This document shows positions 37,617 through 52,600 of a DNA stretch of 64,000 bases, in pieces. This stretch comes from a virus. Taxonomy: Duplodnaviria > Caudoviricetes. The position numbers and the translations under genes are program-made. Below the pieces are notes generated by a model that was given only the letters and a program-made list of their open reading frames with translations, was not told the origin of the DNA and made no database searches. Location: positions 32,001 through 96,000 of the IMG/VR virus record IMGVR_UViG_3300024269_000024. One strand, 5' to 3'. The first letter of the stretch is position 1, and each line of letters starts with the position of its first letter.

Positions 37617-40600
37617 ATGGCGAATGGAAATGTGTTAGGCACATATGAGTTTCAATTTAATTTTAATGCAAAAGATGCAAAGAAACAGATATTGTCAATT
37701 TCTAATGACTTTAAAAGTCAGTTGCAAGAGATGGATACCGCCTCAAGCAAGATGTCCGTACTTAGCAACATAGTTGGTTATTTAGAAAAACTAGACAAAG
37801 CGCTCGATCAATTTAAGGCAGAGCATAAAGATGACTTTAAAAATATGTTTGCTGGGTTAGATGATCAGCTGGCAGGCTCTTTGAAGTCTATGCTTGGTAT
37901 GTCAATGCAAGATTGGGACAAGTTGACTGGAATAAAGGGACGTATTGATGCCGCGAAAGCCAATAAAGCTAAACTTCCAGAGTTACGCGCAATAGCACAA
38001 GATCTTAATTCTTTGTTCACAATGATCGGAGACAGGGAATTTATTGATATTGATAAAATGTTTAAACAAGGCAAGGGTGTTAACGCTAAATTTGATGATC
38101 GTATCAAAATTTTAAGTAATGCTCTTGACGAATTTTACATGTCTTACCAGTTTGTTACTAATTCTATTAAAGATGGATTTGGTACAGGTGGTATGGCTGG
38201 TATTAGCAAGATGAGCGAAGAGGCCAAACAAGAGGCTCAGGCGCTTAGGGATTCGGCTAGAGAACTAAGAGATGCACAACAGCAGATGTTGATGGCGCAA
38301 TCAGATATACATAGCGCCGAAAAAGGGAACAAGGGCATTCAAGAAAAGTATAGAATAGATTTGACTGCAGACGCAGTTCGTGGTTTAATCGACGATTATG
38401 AAAGCCTAGATAGTAAGTTACGTGATAGTAAATTGTCAGCAAAAGAATACTGTGACACTTTGTTGCAAATGTCTGAGGTTATTATCAAGTTAAAAAATGC
38501 ACAAAAGGCAGTTGAAGCCAACGAAGACTTTAAGGGTGTTTTATCAAACGAATCTGGTTATACTGGTGGTAATACAGCTCGTCCACAAGATAGCTTTTTA
38601 TCTGGATCATTATCTTTGTATTCTAAAGTGCTATCAAAAGATCTTATGGATAGACGCATGGGGAATCAATTTGCTGTTTATATTCAGGATATAATTGATC
38701 AGAAAATGCAGCGATTTGTTGAACTTGTTCCCAACATTATTGGCAACGGACTGAGTGGAACACACGGTACTGGTTCTGGAACAGGAGATGGTTCAGGATC
38801 TGGTATAGGTGGTCTTTCACTTGATAAGTTAAAAGCTGAGCTAGATAAATATAAATCTATGTTTGAGCAGTCTCTAACTCCTGATTTAGAAGAAGACGAG
38901 TTAGTAAGGCTAGAAGAAGAGTGCGCGAAGATAATAAATGGGCTTGTTGAAATATGCCGATTAAGTGAAAGCGCAGGTGACGAGTTTAGAGACATATTTG
39001 TCGATTATGAAGAAGACAATATAGATTTTAATGAGCTAACTGCTCAAGTGACTAAATTTTTAGGTATATCTGACCAAATTTCAGATAGTACGTTTAAAGG
39101 CGTCGGTCAACATGCAGTAACTGCCACGGAATACATCCACGCTATGACAAACGCCATCAGAGAAATGTTTGATGTGTTGTCTAAGTCATCTGATATTGAA
39201 TATAAAGCGCTTATTGGTGGTACAGATATTGCTATAAGGGCGGGGCAAGAAGGTGAAATATCAGCAAAAACTACCGCAGAAGCTTTTTTGGCGAACTTGA
39301 TGCAGGATACCGATGTAGAAGCGCATAGCCATATGGGACGCGGTTCCTTTATTAATGCACCAGACTTTTTACAAGCAAAACGTCATCAGTATGGTGGTTT
39401 AGCTAAAATAAGTGCCGTTATTGGAGGCAAAGATATTGTAACCTTGGACTTGTCAAAAGTTAAAATGGAGGATGCAGATGTCGCTTATAAAAAATTACAA
39501 GAAGTAACAAGCGGTAGTGGACGGACAGAGATTCCAGTAGAAGAGCTAAATAAAATTTTAACAGATATCAATCCAGAATATACGGATGTTGCTAGAAAAT
39601 GGGATCCCTCAAACTTCCGTGAATTGGCTACATATATATATAGTGTAAAACAAAGTGCCGAACAAAGCATTGGTCCGTTAGAGAAGTTACAACAGCTATT
39701 AAATGTTTTAGCTCATTCGAAGGTAATTAATTATTCAAAATACAGTGATATGTTGAACGGTCTCACAAAAGACAATGTTGGCGAAGTATTTAATCATATT
39801 GCAAAGGCAGAAGGTATAACAGAAGATAATGAAACATTACAGGTAGACGCGGGAGACATATCAACAATTTCTGTTGATGCACTTATTGCAGATATCCAGA
39901 GAAAAAAAGATTTATTGGATGAAAAGCGAAAGGCTCTTCAAATTACATATCAAGAGATTGAAGATATTGCGGAAAAGTATGCGAAAACTAGAAGTTCAAA
40001 AGATAGTGAGGAGCGTAATTTTTTTAAGCAATATTTTCATGCGAGCGAGTTGCCAGAACTTGATAAGCTATTTATAGATAAAGCATCTGGAGACATTGGA
40101 ATGTCTGATGTTGTTAAAAATATTGCAGCTAGATTTGGTGTACAGGAACCGTCTCATGCGGAAGAAACCGTACAACAAAGCGCAGAAGAGCAGGCGGAAG
40201 CAATAGAATATGCAAAGAAAATACTAACTAAAGCATGGCAAGATTATTATAAGGCAGCGCAAGATGCAAAAGAAGCTGGGATTAGAATTGAAGATGGCGA
40301 AGTTTCTGAAGAGATGCAAAACATCCAAAATTCTATCACAAAGATGGTGGATCAATGGAAAACTCGTTTGCCAAATGGAAAAGATGCGTCATGGCATTTA
40401 GCCGCCTTGGATGGCTACATTACAGATGAAAAAGAAGCATGGACATTTGATGAGATCAAACACAAGATAAGTGAGGCTTTTGACGACAATAAGATCACTC
40501 TTGGCATCCCACTAGATGAAATTAAAAAGCAAGCTAGTGGGCTAGAAGAACTACAAGAAGAAATAAAATCCACGGCCCAAGCAGCCGAACAAACAGGAGA

Positions 40601-43600
40601 GGCCACAAAAAATGCTCAAGCCGCAACAGCCACCAGCGAGGCAGAAGTCGCACAAATGGGCGAGCTTGCAGGAAAAGTCAAAGAAGTTACAGAATCCGTT
40701 GAAGCGAAAACTAGAGCATTTGGAGAGGAAGCAGTTGCAGTAGATGAAGTTGTGACTAAAGAAATTGAATCTCTGGATAGATTAAAAGAATATCTTGAAA
40801 ATCTACAACGATTAATTTCTCAAATCTTTTCAGGCGAGCAGTTGAAAATTGGAGAGCTTGATGGTATTGACGAAAATGAAAAAAGTAATACTGGCAAGAG
40901 TTCAATTCCTGGCTTGTTAGGTGAAATCTCAGCGCACCTCAGTTCTATTTGTGGAATTTTAGAAGGCGTCACTGGTGTTAAATCAAAAGGTGAAGACTCT
41001 GTAACTAAGACTAAGCCAGTTGTAGAAGATGCTATTGGTGGCGATGGTCTTGACGATCAGGACTTTGGCGTGTTAAATCAAATGCTTGGTGCGCTTAAGG
41101 AAATCAGTGGAACTCTTACGGCAATGAAATCAGACGTTGATTCTGGCGATACATCGAAAAAGAGTTATGCTTTTGACGATACTCTACAGCAAACTAATGT
41201 AATTCTCAATAACATTTTAGGCGCAGTTAAAAATGAAGTGCAGGAAGGCAAAAACATTTCCAATGTACAAGAAAGTATTAGCAAGCTGATTAATGCTTTA
41301 ACGCCAGCTGTTAGTACATTGTATGACGTTGCAAGTGGCATTGTGCAAGCTCAAGAAAGAACTAAGACAAGCACAAGTCTTGCACAGGCAAGAATCGCCA
41401 ATAATCAAACTAGAAATGATTTAGTTGCCACTGCGCTTGGAGCGGTTGATTACAAAAAAATAAATGGTGGCAGTAGCAAAGTTACTGCTATGATACCGCG
41501 TACTGATGGTATTGTTGAAATGGTTGGGTATATTCAAACTGCTACTGATGAATGGGAACAGTTTACATTGCAGGTTGATGAGGCAAATAAAGTAAGCATT
41601 CTTGCTTATGACGTTAATGGTCGGGCTGCAAAAGAAGCTGCACGGGCAGCGAAAGCGCTCAAAAAAGAAGAGGAAAATAATCCTAAGTACAACCCTCTAG
41701 ATACCGCTAAAAAAGCACGTGAAGAATTACGCAAGCGTGGCGCAGATGACACGGAAACTACAGTGCAGTTTAAAGACAGCGGAAGATACACTGTCACTTC
41801 AAAAAAGACAATTGGCAATTTGTCTCAGGAAATTTTCCAGACATTTGATGAAGATGTCAAGGCAATGGAGCGCACGACCGTTACGGTGTCCGATCATATT
41901 GCTACTGAACTTGCAAGGGCGCACAAATTTATTACGGACAACTCGGCGAACATTGACAGTAAATTGTTGCAAGACTATAAGAGTGCGCATGATATGCTTG
42001 TTAATACAGATTGGGAAGGTAATAATGATCTTGATGGATGGAACAAGCAAATTGAGTTGGTCAAGCACTTAGGCAAAGAAGTACAAAAAGTTATTGAAGC
42101 AAAACGTAAGTTGAATGAGCAGCCAAATGCTGTCGCTAATGATACGAGATTAAAGGCTTATCTTGCGCAAGTGAATGATGCATTTAAATCAACTGGCATT
42201 GATGTTAATGCTCCAAAGACAAAGGAAGAAGAGGCAATTGTCGCAGCTCGCGATGCAGCGCTTAATAAACTGCTAGAGGTTAAAACCGTACAGGGCAATC
42301 TAGTAGATCTCAATGGACAAGAAAAACAAGCTGTTGATGCAGTGGTAAAAGCTTTAACAGACAAGACCAGCGCCTACATTCAAACTAAAAAGAACGCTGA
42401 AGCGGCAAAGCAAGCTCAGGATGCACTAAACAATATTCCAACTGCAAAGAGCGACCAGGCAAAGAATCTTAAGGATTTTACTGACAACTTAAAGAACTCA
42501 AACTTGTTGACCGCAGATTTGTCTGGTCGACTAACTGACATTAACAGCCAATTAAATAATGTTCAAACACCAGATCAACTAGATGAGTGGATCGAAAAGT
42601 TTGGAAAATTACAGACTGATATTGAGACGTTTATGCAGTCGCTGAAACAGGCTGGCATTGTAGGTGGCAAAAGTAAAGTAGACGACACACAGCAGTTTAT
42701 CCTTGATAATATCGATGATGTTACCAACGACAATCTGTTCAATGCTTATGCTGATGCGCATGCAGAACTTGTCGATATACAGAACAAATATGCCAAACAG
42801 CCTTCGTTGAGTCAAGCAGACATCGATGCATGGAAATCTCAGATTGATCATGTTAGACTTCTTGGTGATCAGATTGAAAAATTAATTATCAAAAGACAAC
42901 AACTTGCTGCTCAACCAGGTGTTGCATTAAGTGCAGAAAAGTTGGGTAAATATCAGAGCGACGCAAAAAGCATGCTCAAAGATTCTGGTTTCGATATAAA
43001 TAAAGAGGAAGACGACGTAGTTTACAAAAAGATTAAGGAAATCTATGGCAAAATACACGATAAGACAAAAGAATTACAAGGTAGCAAAGCTGTATTGACA
43101 GATGATCAAATTGCAGAATTTAATAGCTTAATGGCCAATCTTGAGACTTGGACTAAGAGGTATTCTCAGAGGAGACAAGACGAAGAAACACGTCAGAAAT
43201 TTAATCAAGACAAGCTATCTCAACAAGATGCATTTGACAAATATAAAAATGGCCTTAGCGGCATGGGCGACATGTCCGATGAGGTTAAACATAAATTAGA
43301 GCAACTAGGAGAAGAGCTTAAAAAGATTGGCGATCAAGATGCATTGGATGCATGGAAAAAGAGCTTTGAAGAGCTTCAGTCTACTGTCTCAAAAGGTTCT
43401 TTGTCAGAAATGGCAGATCTTAAGAGACAGACTAGCGCGCAAGTTAGAGGTTTGGATTTCAAGGATACGGACACTGACTTAGATGATGAGCAAAAAGAAA
43501 TTATAGCTCTGCGAAAGCAATTAATGACTCAGATTGATGAGTATGTTGCAAAAGTTAAAAACGGCGAGACTGCAGAGATTAACGGTATTAATGCAACAAA

Positions 43601-46600
43601 AGAAGCGCTAAATGAAAAGATTCGTCTGTATAAAGAAGCGCATAATACTAGCGAACAAAAAGCCAACCAAGGTGTTTATACGGGAGAGTTAAATAAGTAC
43701 AAAAGAGATATAAACAAAGCCATGAATAATATTGGCTTTAATGCAACAGACGAAAGTCTTGAAGGTGAACAAAAGAAAATTGCCGATATGTACATGAGAA
43801 TGCGTGTTCAGATTGAAGAGTGTACTGCGGCAGCAAAACGAGGCGAAGAAGTGCAATTGAGTGGTATTAGAGATATCGTAGCTGAATTGCAAAAAGAAAT
43901 TAATCTTTATAAGCAAGCGAATGGTATTTTTGACAACAATAAGGTAAATCGTGATGTTGCAAAGGCTGAGCGTGGATACAATCTCGCCACTTATAATTCT
44001 AAAGCATATAGTGGTTCAGAGGTTATAACTGAAAAATTGCAAAAATACAAAGCGGCTTTGGATGATTTAAAAGACTTACAAAAGAAAGCTAATAGCGTCG
44101 AAGGTTTGACTGCAGATGAAGCAACTAAGTTTGATCATTTGATTCAGCAGTGTAATAGATATGCGCAGGCTATAGATGGAGTCATTCAAAGTTCAGACAA
44201 ACTTGCAAAGAGCCAGAAGACAATAGATGTAAAACCTGTTAAACCAGGCACTAATGTTGATGATATACATAAGATTCAAAATGCTCTAGAAGGCTATGTA
44301 AATGAAACTTATGATGCAAAAGCGGCCATTGATGGTTTTAATTCAGATACTAATACATTAACTTTTACAGTCAAAGAAGCGGATGGAACAATTAGAAGAT
44401 ATGCAGCATCTTTGAATGCGGCAAAAACTGCAATTGTGACTACCTATGAAGGAGTCGGGAAAGAGACTTCTTTACTTGGTGAGTTGTTTGGTGGCTTAAA
44501 GCGCAAAATGAAAGAGCTGTGGACATATGCTGCAGCTAGATTGGGCGTTGACGAGTTAATTCAGGCGATTAGAACTGGAATTCAGTATGTAAGAGAAATT
44601 GATAGCGCGTTGACTGAATTGAAAAAAGTTACAAATGAAACTGATGCAACGTACAGTCGTTTCTTACAGAATATGTCTAAAACTGCAAGCGTGGTTGGAA
44701 GTACTGTAAAAGATCTGACAACTATGGCTGCTGAGTGGAGCCGTTTGGGCTATTCTCTTGAAGAAAGTGCTGAACTGGCCAAGAATACAGCAATCTTGCT
44801 AAATGTTTCTGAATTTACTGATGCGACACAGGCGTCTGAAGCACTTATCAGTACAATGCAGGCATTCCAGTATACTGCGGATGAAAGTGGACATGTGGTT
44901 GATATTTTAAATGAGGTTGGTAACAATTATGCCGTCTCATCCGATGGCATAGCAACCGCATTGAAAGACTCCGCCAGTGCACTTATGGAAGGCGGAAATA
45001 ACTTAGAACAGGCTACAGCTCTTGTTGCAGCAGCAAATAGAGTTGTGCAAGATCCAAATTCTGTGGGCAGTGCCCTCCGTACAATTTCTCTCCGTCTCCG
45101 TGGCACTTCAGTAGAAGTCCTCGAAGAAATGGGCGAAGCAACTGACGGAGTAGTAGAAAGTACAAGTAAACTCCAAGAAAAATTAAAAGCACTAACTGGT
45201 GTAGACATTCTTACCAACACGGGTGCTTATAAAGATACATACACAATTTTAAAAGAAATTGGCTCCGTATGGCAAGACCTTGGTAGTCTTGACCAAGCGG
45301 CAGCTCTAGAACTTATGGCGGGTAAGAATAGAGCTAACACTCTATCCGCAATCTTAAATAACATGTCAGACCTAGAAGGAGCCTATGAGTCTGCCATGAG
45401 CGCCAATGGTTCTGCAATTCGTGAAAATGAAACTTATCTTGATTCAATTGAAGGTAAAATTTCAAAGTTCAACAACGCAGTTCAAACCATGTGGATGAAC
45501 TTCATGAACGATGACGCTGTAAAATGGATTGTCGACCTAGGTACTGCGACAATTAAACTTATAAACACATTAAAGCTCGTTCCAACTGCTGCAGCGGGAC
45601 TAACAGCAATTAAAACTTTTTCCGTAAGCGCAAAAGATTCCCTTTCAGCTTTAGGCGAAGGACTTAGCGGTTTAATTACCAACTTTGGCAAGGAAGGAGT
45701 TAAAAATCTTGGCGCTACGATTGCCTCACAAGCAGGTTCCATTCTTGGCAGCTTGGGCAAGGGCCTTTTATTTGGCGGAGCCGCTTATGTTTTAACTACT
45801 GGCATTAGTCATATTATTACTGCTATTGATAAGTTAGCTCATAGCACCGAAAGGGCAGTCGAAAGAGCAGATGAAGCACTCAATAAATACTCTGACAAAC
45901 AAAAAGAACTTAAAGACCAAAAAACTACCGTAGATGAGCTTTCTGATTCTTACATCCGTCTATCAAGCGGCGTAAATACTTTGACCAATGACAACATTGG
46001 TTTAACTGTAGAATCATATGAAGAATATCTTGATGTTGTCAATCAAATTGCAGATTTACACCCAGAGCTTGTTGCAGGTTATGACGCAGAAGGCAATGCA
46101 ATTTTAACACTAAAGGGTAGAGTTGATCAGTTAGCGGACTCGTATCGCAAGGCACAAGAAGAAGCGGCGCTTGAGCTATTGACATCTAAAAATAAAACAG
46201 ACATTTGGAAAAAATATACCAGTGGAATGGACACTGGCGTGCAATATATTGATGAAAATAGCGGAAAATCTGGTTGGGGCAGCGTCTGGCAAGATGTGAC
46301 CGCAGACAATCAAAAAGATATTGTCGAAGCAATTTTGGCCATGAGCAACGAAGAGTTGACTCAGTTTTATGAATATGATAAGACTGGCAACGACGACATG
46401 TGGGGCATTTTACGGAAGCAGCTTTCTGACATGGGTACAGTTTTAGACGAAGGTCTTGTATATGCTGCATTTAATAAAGGATTTAGTATAGGTGACGATG
46501 AGCTTCATTCATTAGATACTTATAAGGCTTATTTTATCAACCAGTTATCTACATTAAATCAGACTATATCTGAGAGTATGAGTGGTATTCGTCAGACCGT

Positions 46601-49600
46601 TGCAGCCAGCTTGGTCTTTGATCCAATTTATCAACAATTAGATAGTGAGTCTCAGGATCTTGTAAATATTTTAATTAACAATCTTGATCCAAAGTTAATT
46701 GCAGATGCTGGTGTTAAAAGCACACAAGGGTTGATTGAATGGTTCTCTGGCAATGTGATTGCTCAAATTGATGAAAATTCAAATTTATACAATGATATCA
46801 CGGACGCATCCAATAATCTTATGAAAGCCATGGCAGATGGGGATAGCGATGCATATCAAGAGGCAAAGTCTGAATGGTCAAGTCTTGTTGAAAATATGGA
46901 AAGAGATGTAAACGGAAATATACAAATCGATCCAGACGCAGATATTGTTACCCAATATTTACAGCAACTTGCCAAAGACATTGAAAATCAATCAAAGAAT
47001 TACGAAGTTAAGCTTCAAATGCAGATGGATTTTGATTCTGCTAAATATATTGATGATATTGTTGACGACACAAACGAGAAAGCTAGACGTGCATTTTTTG
47101 AAGATCTTGAATTAGGCGAGAACGCCACAATGCAAGACTTGTATGAAAAAATAGGTACATCTTTAAATGATGGCAATGGAGTTCTTCGAGTGGACGAAGT
47201 TCAAAGTGCATATCAGGCATTTTTGAATGGAGATATGAATGACTGGTCCATGCCTCAGAGAGAAGCAATTGTTGCGCTTGATCAGGTTGTAAAAATGTAT
47301 GGTACCGATATTGATACTGTAATATCTCAACTTGTTGAACTTGGTTATGTTTCTAAGTCTATTAACGATATTGCTTCGTTTAGTCTTGCATCCGAAAAAA
47401 CCAATGAAGCCATTGACGCATTCCAAGATACAATCAGCTCGCTAAAAGACGCATGGGGCTCTCTAAACAGTAAAGAGATGACTAAGTCTGAATTTATAGA
47501 CTTGGCGCAAGAATTCCCAGAGCTCATGAAGGACGTAGACCTGTCTGACGATAACTGGATGGTTCGAGCAAAAGAAAACATAGAAGCACTAAATGCAGTT
47601 AAAGTTGATGACTTTGTTAAATCTCTTGAGGAAATGAAGGAGGCCATGATTGAGCGCGGTGAAGATCAAGCCGCTATTGATATGGTAGATTCTTTCATTA
47701 ACTACGCAAAAGAAGCACGAGCAATAAATGAAGTAACTAATGCACAGGCAGAGTACTATAGGCTTGTGCGCAGCTATGGAGATGAGGTGCGTGGTCCAAG
47801 TATTGCTAATGTTAATGAGGAAACAACTGCGTCAATCCGCAAACAAATTGAAGCTATAAAAGAATCTATTAATCAATATGAGCGTCTTGAGGACACTTTA
47901 TTGGGTACAACAAGCGCATTTGATCGATTCGCAAAGGCGCAAGAGGCTGACTCTAAGAATACATATGGAGAGCAATATATAGAAATGGCTCAAACCATGT
48001 ATGACGCTCTATACAAAACGGGTGAAGTCGGCTCTGAGGCGTTCTGGGCGGCAGTGCGTGCGTATGTTCCTGATGATGAATATGTTCACTTGCTCCCAGG
48101 CAAAGAACAACTCAATGCAATTAGGGATTACTTAAATGATAATGTATTCTCTTCTCTGACATTTGATGAGGGTGCATTTTCTATTGATTACAGTTCAATT
48201 GAAAAGTTCGTAGAAAAAGCGCAAAGCGTTGGCGTGTTCACTGGCACGGACTCAAATGCATTTGGACTGTCTGCTGACTTTATCAATAATCTACAAAAAG
48301 ATGAGGATGCTCTAGAAAAGTTTGCTGACCAAATGGGCATGACAGCAACTCAGGTTTATGCAATGTTGGCAGCAATGGATCAGTATAATGCTAATGGCGT
48401 TGGACTTTCTATGCTCTTGCAACTTGACACAAGCACTGCTGGACAAATTACATTGGTCACCAGTCAACTTGAACAATTGTACACACAGCGAGAAGCACTG
48501 CTCAAACAAGGCACAGATGACGTTGCGCTTGGTTACAATATGGACGAAATTGCCGCAACAGAAGCTCAATTGGGTTCACTACAACAGCAGGCAGTGGAAT
48601 CTGTAAAAGCATACGCAATGGTCGAAAACGCATTAAAAGCTACCGAAGAAAAAGTCGCAACAGTTTTGCCAGAGTCGATTTATACAGAGATTGGACTTAC
48701 TGGTGAAGAAAATGTTAAAGACGTGCTTCAGACCATAGAGGGCTACCTGATTAAGATTAGCGAACCAGCAGTTGTGGAGCTTGAAATTGCGCGACAGGAA
48801 ATTGAAGATCTTGAAAGCACAGATCCTACAATTACAGCGCATGTTAAGATTGATGATGATGGCTTATATGAGCTTATTAACGAAGAAGATTATCATGGTG
48901 AAATAGATCTGCAACATTACGTAGATCTGAAAAATGCAGAGTCTTTAATTGACAAGTCTCTAAGCGAAAATCTTACCAAGAGCGAGACATATCTTAGTGA
49001 AATTGCTGAAAATACACGCATTATGGCTGGTGAAAACGACACTGATAATGCACCTGAAGAGTCGAATGGCAATGATGTCAGCACAGACAAAAATCCTGTG
49101 CATGGCGGAGCTGGTGGCAAGTTTGGCAAGCCAACCATAGATACCGAAGCAACTGAATTGCATCTCAACACTATGAAAGACTTCTATAACTTAGGAGAAG
49201 CCATAGCTAAAGAGCGTGCAATGTTGTCTAGTAAGGGAGCAATGGATTTCTTGCAGCAAAGTACATATGACAATTTAGGTAAATTACAAAAAGAAGCAAC
49301 AGAAATTTATGATAAATTGAACGAAGGTGCTATGTCTGCGGAGGAAGCAATTCCTAAATTTAGCGAATTATTATCTCAGGCAGTTAAATTTGGTATAAAA
49401 CAGCCTAGTGCTCCTAGCATTGCAGAGGTGCCAAGTTGGTTAGATGTTACAAGCCCAGAAGGCAAGCTGTTTGGCGATGCAATTCTTGGACGTACTAACA
49501 ATGGCGCGGATAGCATGATGCCGCAATATGGGGAAGCTTATACAGATCCTGCAACTATTGCACCAGAACAAGTGGTTATTACAGATAGTAACTTGCAAAT

Positions 49601-52600
49601 AGATGGTGCAGATAACAAGATCGAAGGACCAGATGTGCAACAATATGACACATTTATTAAAGAACTAGAAACATTTGATCCTAATGCATTACTTCCTGCA
49701 GAGAAGATACAAGATATGGGCCTTAAGGAGATTGCTGATGAAGCTATTACTGCAGGAGATGCACTTGAATATTTCGCAAACAAGAAGCAAGATGCAATGG
49801 TTCCTGGAACGGCAGGGGCTTTGTTTGATGCAACGGCGATAAAAGAAGGAGTACTTACATATTCAGAACTGCAAAACGAAGTAACTTCATTTAACGAGCT
49901 GCTTGATCAAACCGATGAAATTATTGGAGATAACACTGAAGTCACTCAGGCGTATAGAGACTTATTACTTGAGATGTGTGAAACCGAGCAAGAAAGAGCG
50001 GATGTAAAAGCACAGTTTGACGAACATGATGGTAAGCTTATTGTAAAAAATTCTAGAGCTCTTAAAAAACTTGTCAGAGAGAAGAAAAAAGAGTTAGCCT
50101 CTGATGTTAAATTGGCAAAAGCACACGCTCAACTTGAATATTATGACTTGTACAAACAAATGCATGATCTGGTTAACAGTACGGAAGTAATGGATAGCAC
50201 AACGTTAAATTATATAAATTCTTTGTATGAAGAAATGGGTGCAATCCAAAGAACTATTGCCAAATATTCAATGCTTGAAGCACAGTTGCTTGGTACATCC
50301 AACGCATACGATAAATTGGCTGAAGCGCAAGAAGCAGATGCAGCAACGGACTACGGAAGTAAAGCTGAAGAACTAATGGGTGTTCTTGGTGAGGCATTTA
50401 CCACTGGTCAGCTTGGCACTCAGGCGGCACAAGTTGCTATAGAAGGGTTGGTGCCAGAGAGTGTTTATCAAGATGTAGACGATCTTGATGAAAAGATGAA
50501 AAAGATCTACAAATACTTCACGGGCGGCGAAGTGTCAAAACTATTTACTGTCAAATATACTGAAGAAGGCGAACTTGAAAGTGTAGAAATGACAGAGAAA
50601 AATGTTGAGGACTACACTGATAGTTTGTTTAAAAAAACTGTAGATTCTGCACTTGGAGAAGGTACTGTTTTTCAAGGAACATGGGATGAGTTTACTCTTA
50701 ATCCTGCCATTCAAACCCTTGAAGATTTTGCAAAAGCTTGCGGATTAACAGAAGAGGTCGCTTTTGCTTTCTTAACTGAGCTTGAAAAATATGATATTAA
50801 TTGGCTTGGTGGCGATTTTGAAACATTATTGGACCAGCTGATGGGCGACGATTTAGCATATGGAATACAAGAAGCAACTAAAGCAATGGCTGATCAGGAA
50901 ATAAAAATGGCCGAACTAAGAAAGAAAGTGGCTGATGGAGAGCTTTCAACTGGCGACCAAGAGTATATAAATGCTCAAAAAGAATATGATGTAGCTCAAG
51001 CAGAACTTGAATCTAAAGAAGAGCAAGCAATTGTCGACGTAACAGATTGGTCTAACAAAACAAAAGCGCTTGAAGAGCAAAAAAAGCATCTAGAAGATCT
51101 GGCAAAAGATTATGAAGAACTTAAAGCTTCTGATATGAATGCGGACGAAAAAGAAGAGGAATTGGAACGTCTAAATGCCGAAATGGATTCCACCACAGAA
51201 ACAATTGATGGACTTATTAGTGACCTTGATGAGTTAGGTGCGCCAACTGAGTTTGTTATAGAGGTTGCTTCAGCAGAAGCCCAGGAAAATATAGATAAGT
51301 TTAAGGAAAAATGGGAAGGTGCCGCAGAAGATGGTGACAAAAAGGCCGTTAAAATAACTGCGGCTGTAGAAGAAATTGATACGGCAGGTTTAGATGGTCT
51401 TGAAAAACTTGGCTTTACACAAAATTCCGATGGTACTTGGGAAGCAGGAGCAGATGTTAAAATTAAAGGATGGTCTGAATTAGATACTGCAAGTCAGCAA
51501 GAAATAATAGATTATATCAACATGCTAGAAGAACAGCATACAATTGACTTGTTATTAGGTGGAGGAACTAAAACGGTAGAAGACCATCTTTCAGATATAT
51601 CCAGGACCCTTGAGCATATAGCGCAGCTTTTTGACCCGACATACACAATAGATGTCAACACTAAAAACGCACAAAGTAAGATTTCTACGTTCAAAACCTC
51701 ATGGGATGGAATTAAATCTAAAACTGTTACTGTCTGGGCTTCAATTAAAAAAACTGCATCTAGTTTATGGAATCAATTAACTGGTAGGGGCGGCGTAAAT
51801 GGCACTGCGCATGTTCAAGGAACTGCATTTAAGAGTGGATCTTGGGGTGCTAAAGAAACTGAAACTGCATTGGTTGGAGAACTTGGACCAGAACTTCTTG
51901 TAAGAGGTAATCGATGGACTACTATTGGTGAAAATGGTGCAGAATTTAGAGATATTCGTAAGGGAGATATTATTTTTAACCATAAACAAACTGAAGATTT
52001 GTTGTCCAAGGGTTACGTAACAGGACGTGGTAAAGCTTTTGCTGAGGGTACCGCTTACGCTGGTATTAATACATGGACAGACACTGTAAAAGGATCTCAA
52101 TCTTATAATAGCACTTTAGGCAAAGAAATTTCCAACTCTGCCTCTAAACTATCCAAAGCAGCTAGTGATATTTCAAAATCTTCTGATAAACTTTCCGACG
52201 ACTTTAAAGAAATCTTTGACTGGATTGAAGTGCGCATAGAAGAAATCACAGAAGATCTCGATCTAAAGAGCGCAAAGCTTGAAAATGCAAATGGTTCTAA
52301 AAATCAAAACGTCATAATCGATGATATGATAGATTTGAACAAGCATCTTTACGATAACTTGACGGCTGGTGCATCTAAGTATTACGAATATGCTGCCAAG
52401 CTACTTGAAAAAGTGCCATCAGAATACCGTGATGCAGCCCAAAATGGTTCTATTGCAATTGAATCTTTTGTCGGTAAAGTTGGAGAAAGTACTCTTGAAG
52501 CAATTCAAGATTATCGCGAATGGGTACAAAAAGGCGCAGACGCAACCCAGCAAGCCGAAGAGACTCTAACAGAAATCTCCAGTCTTGCAAAACAAGCAAT

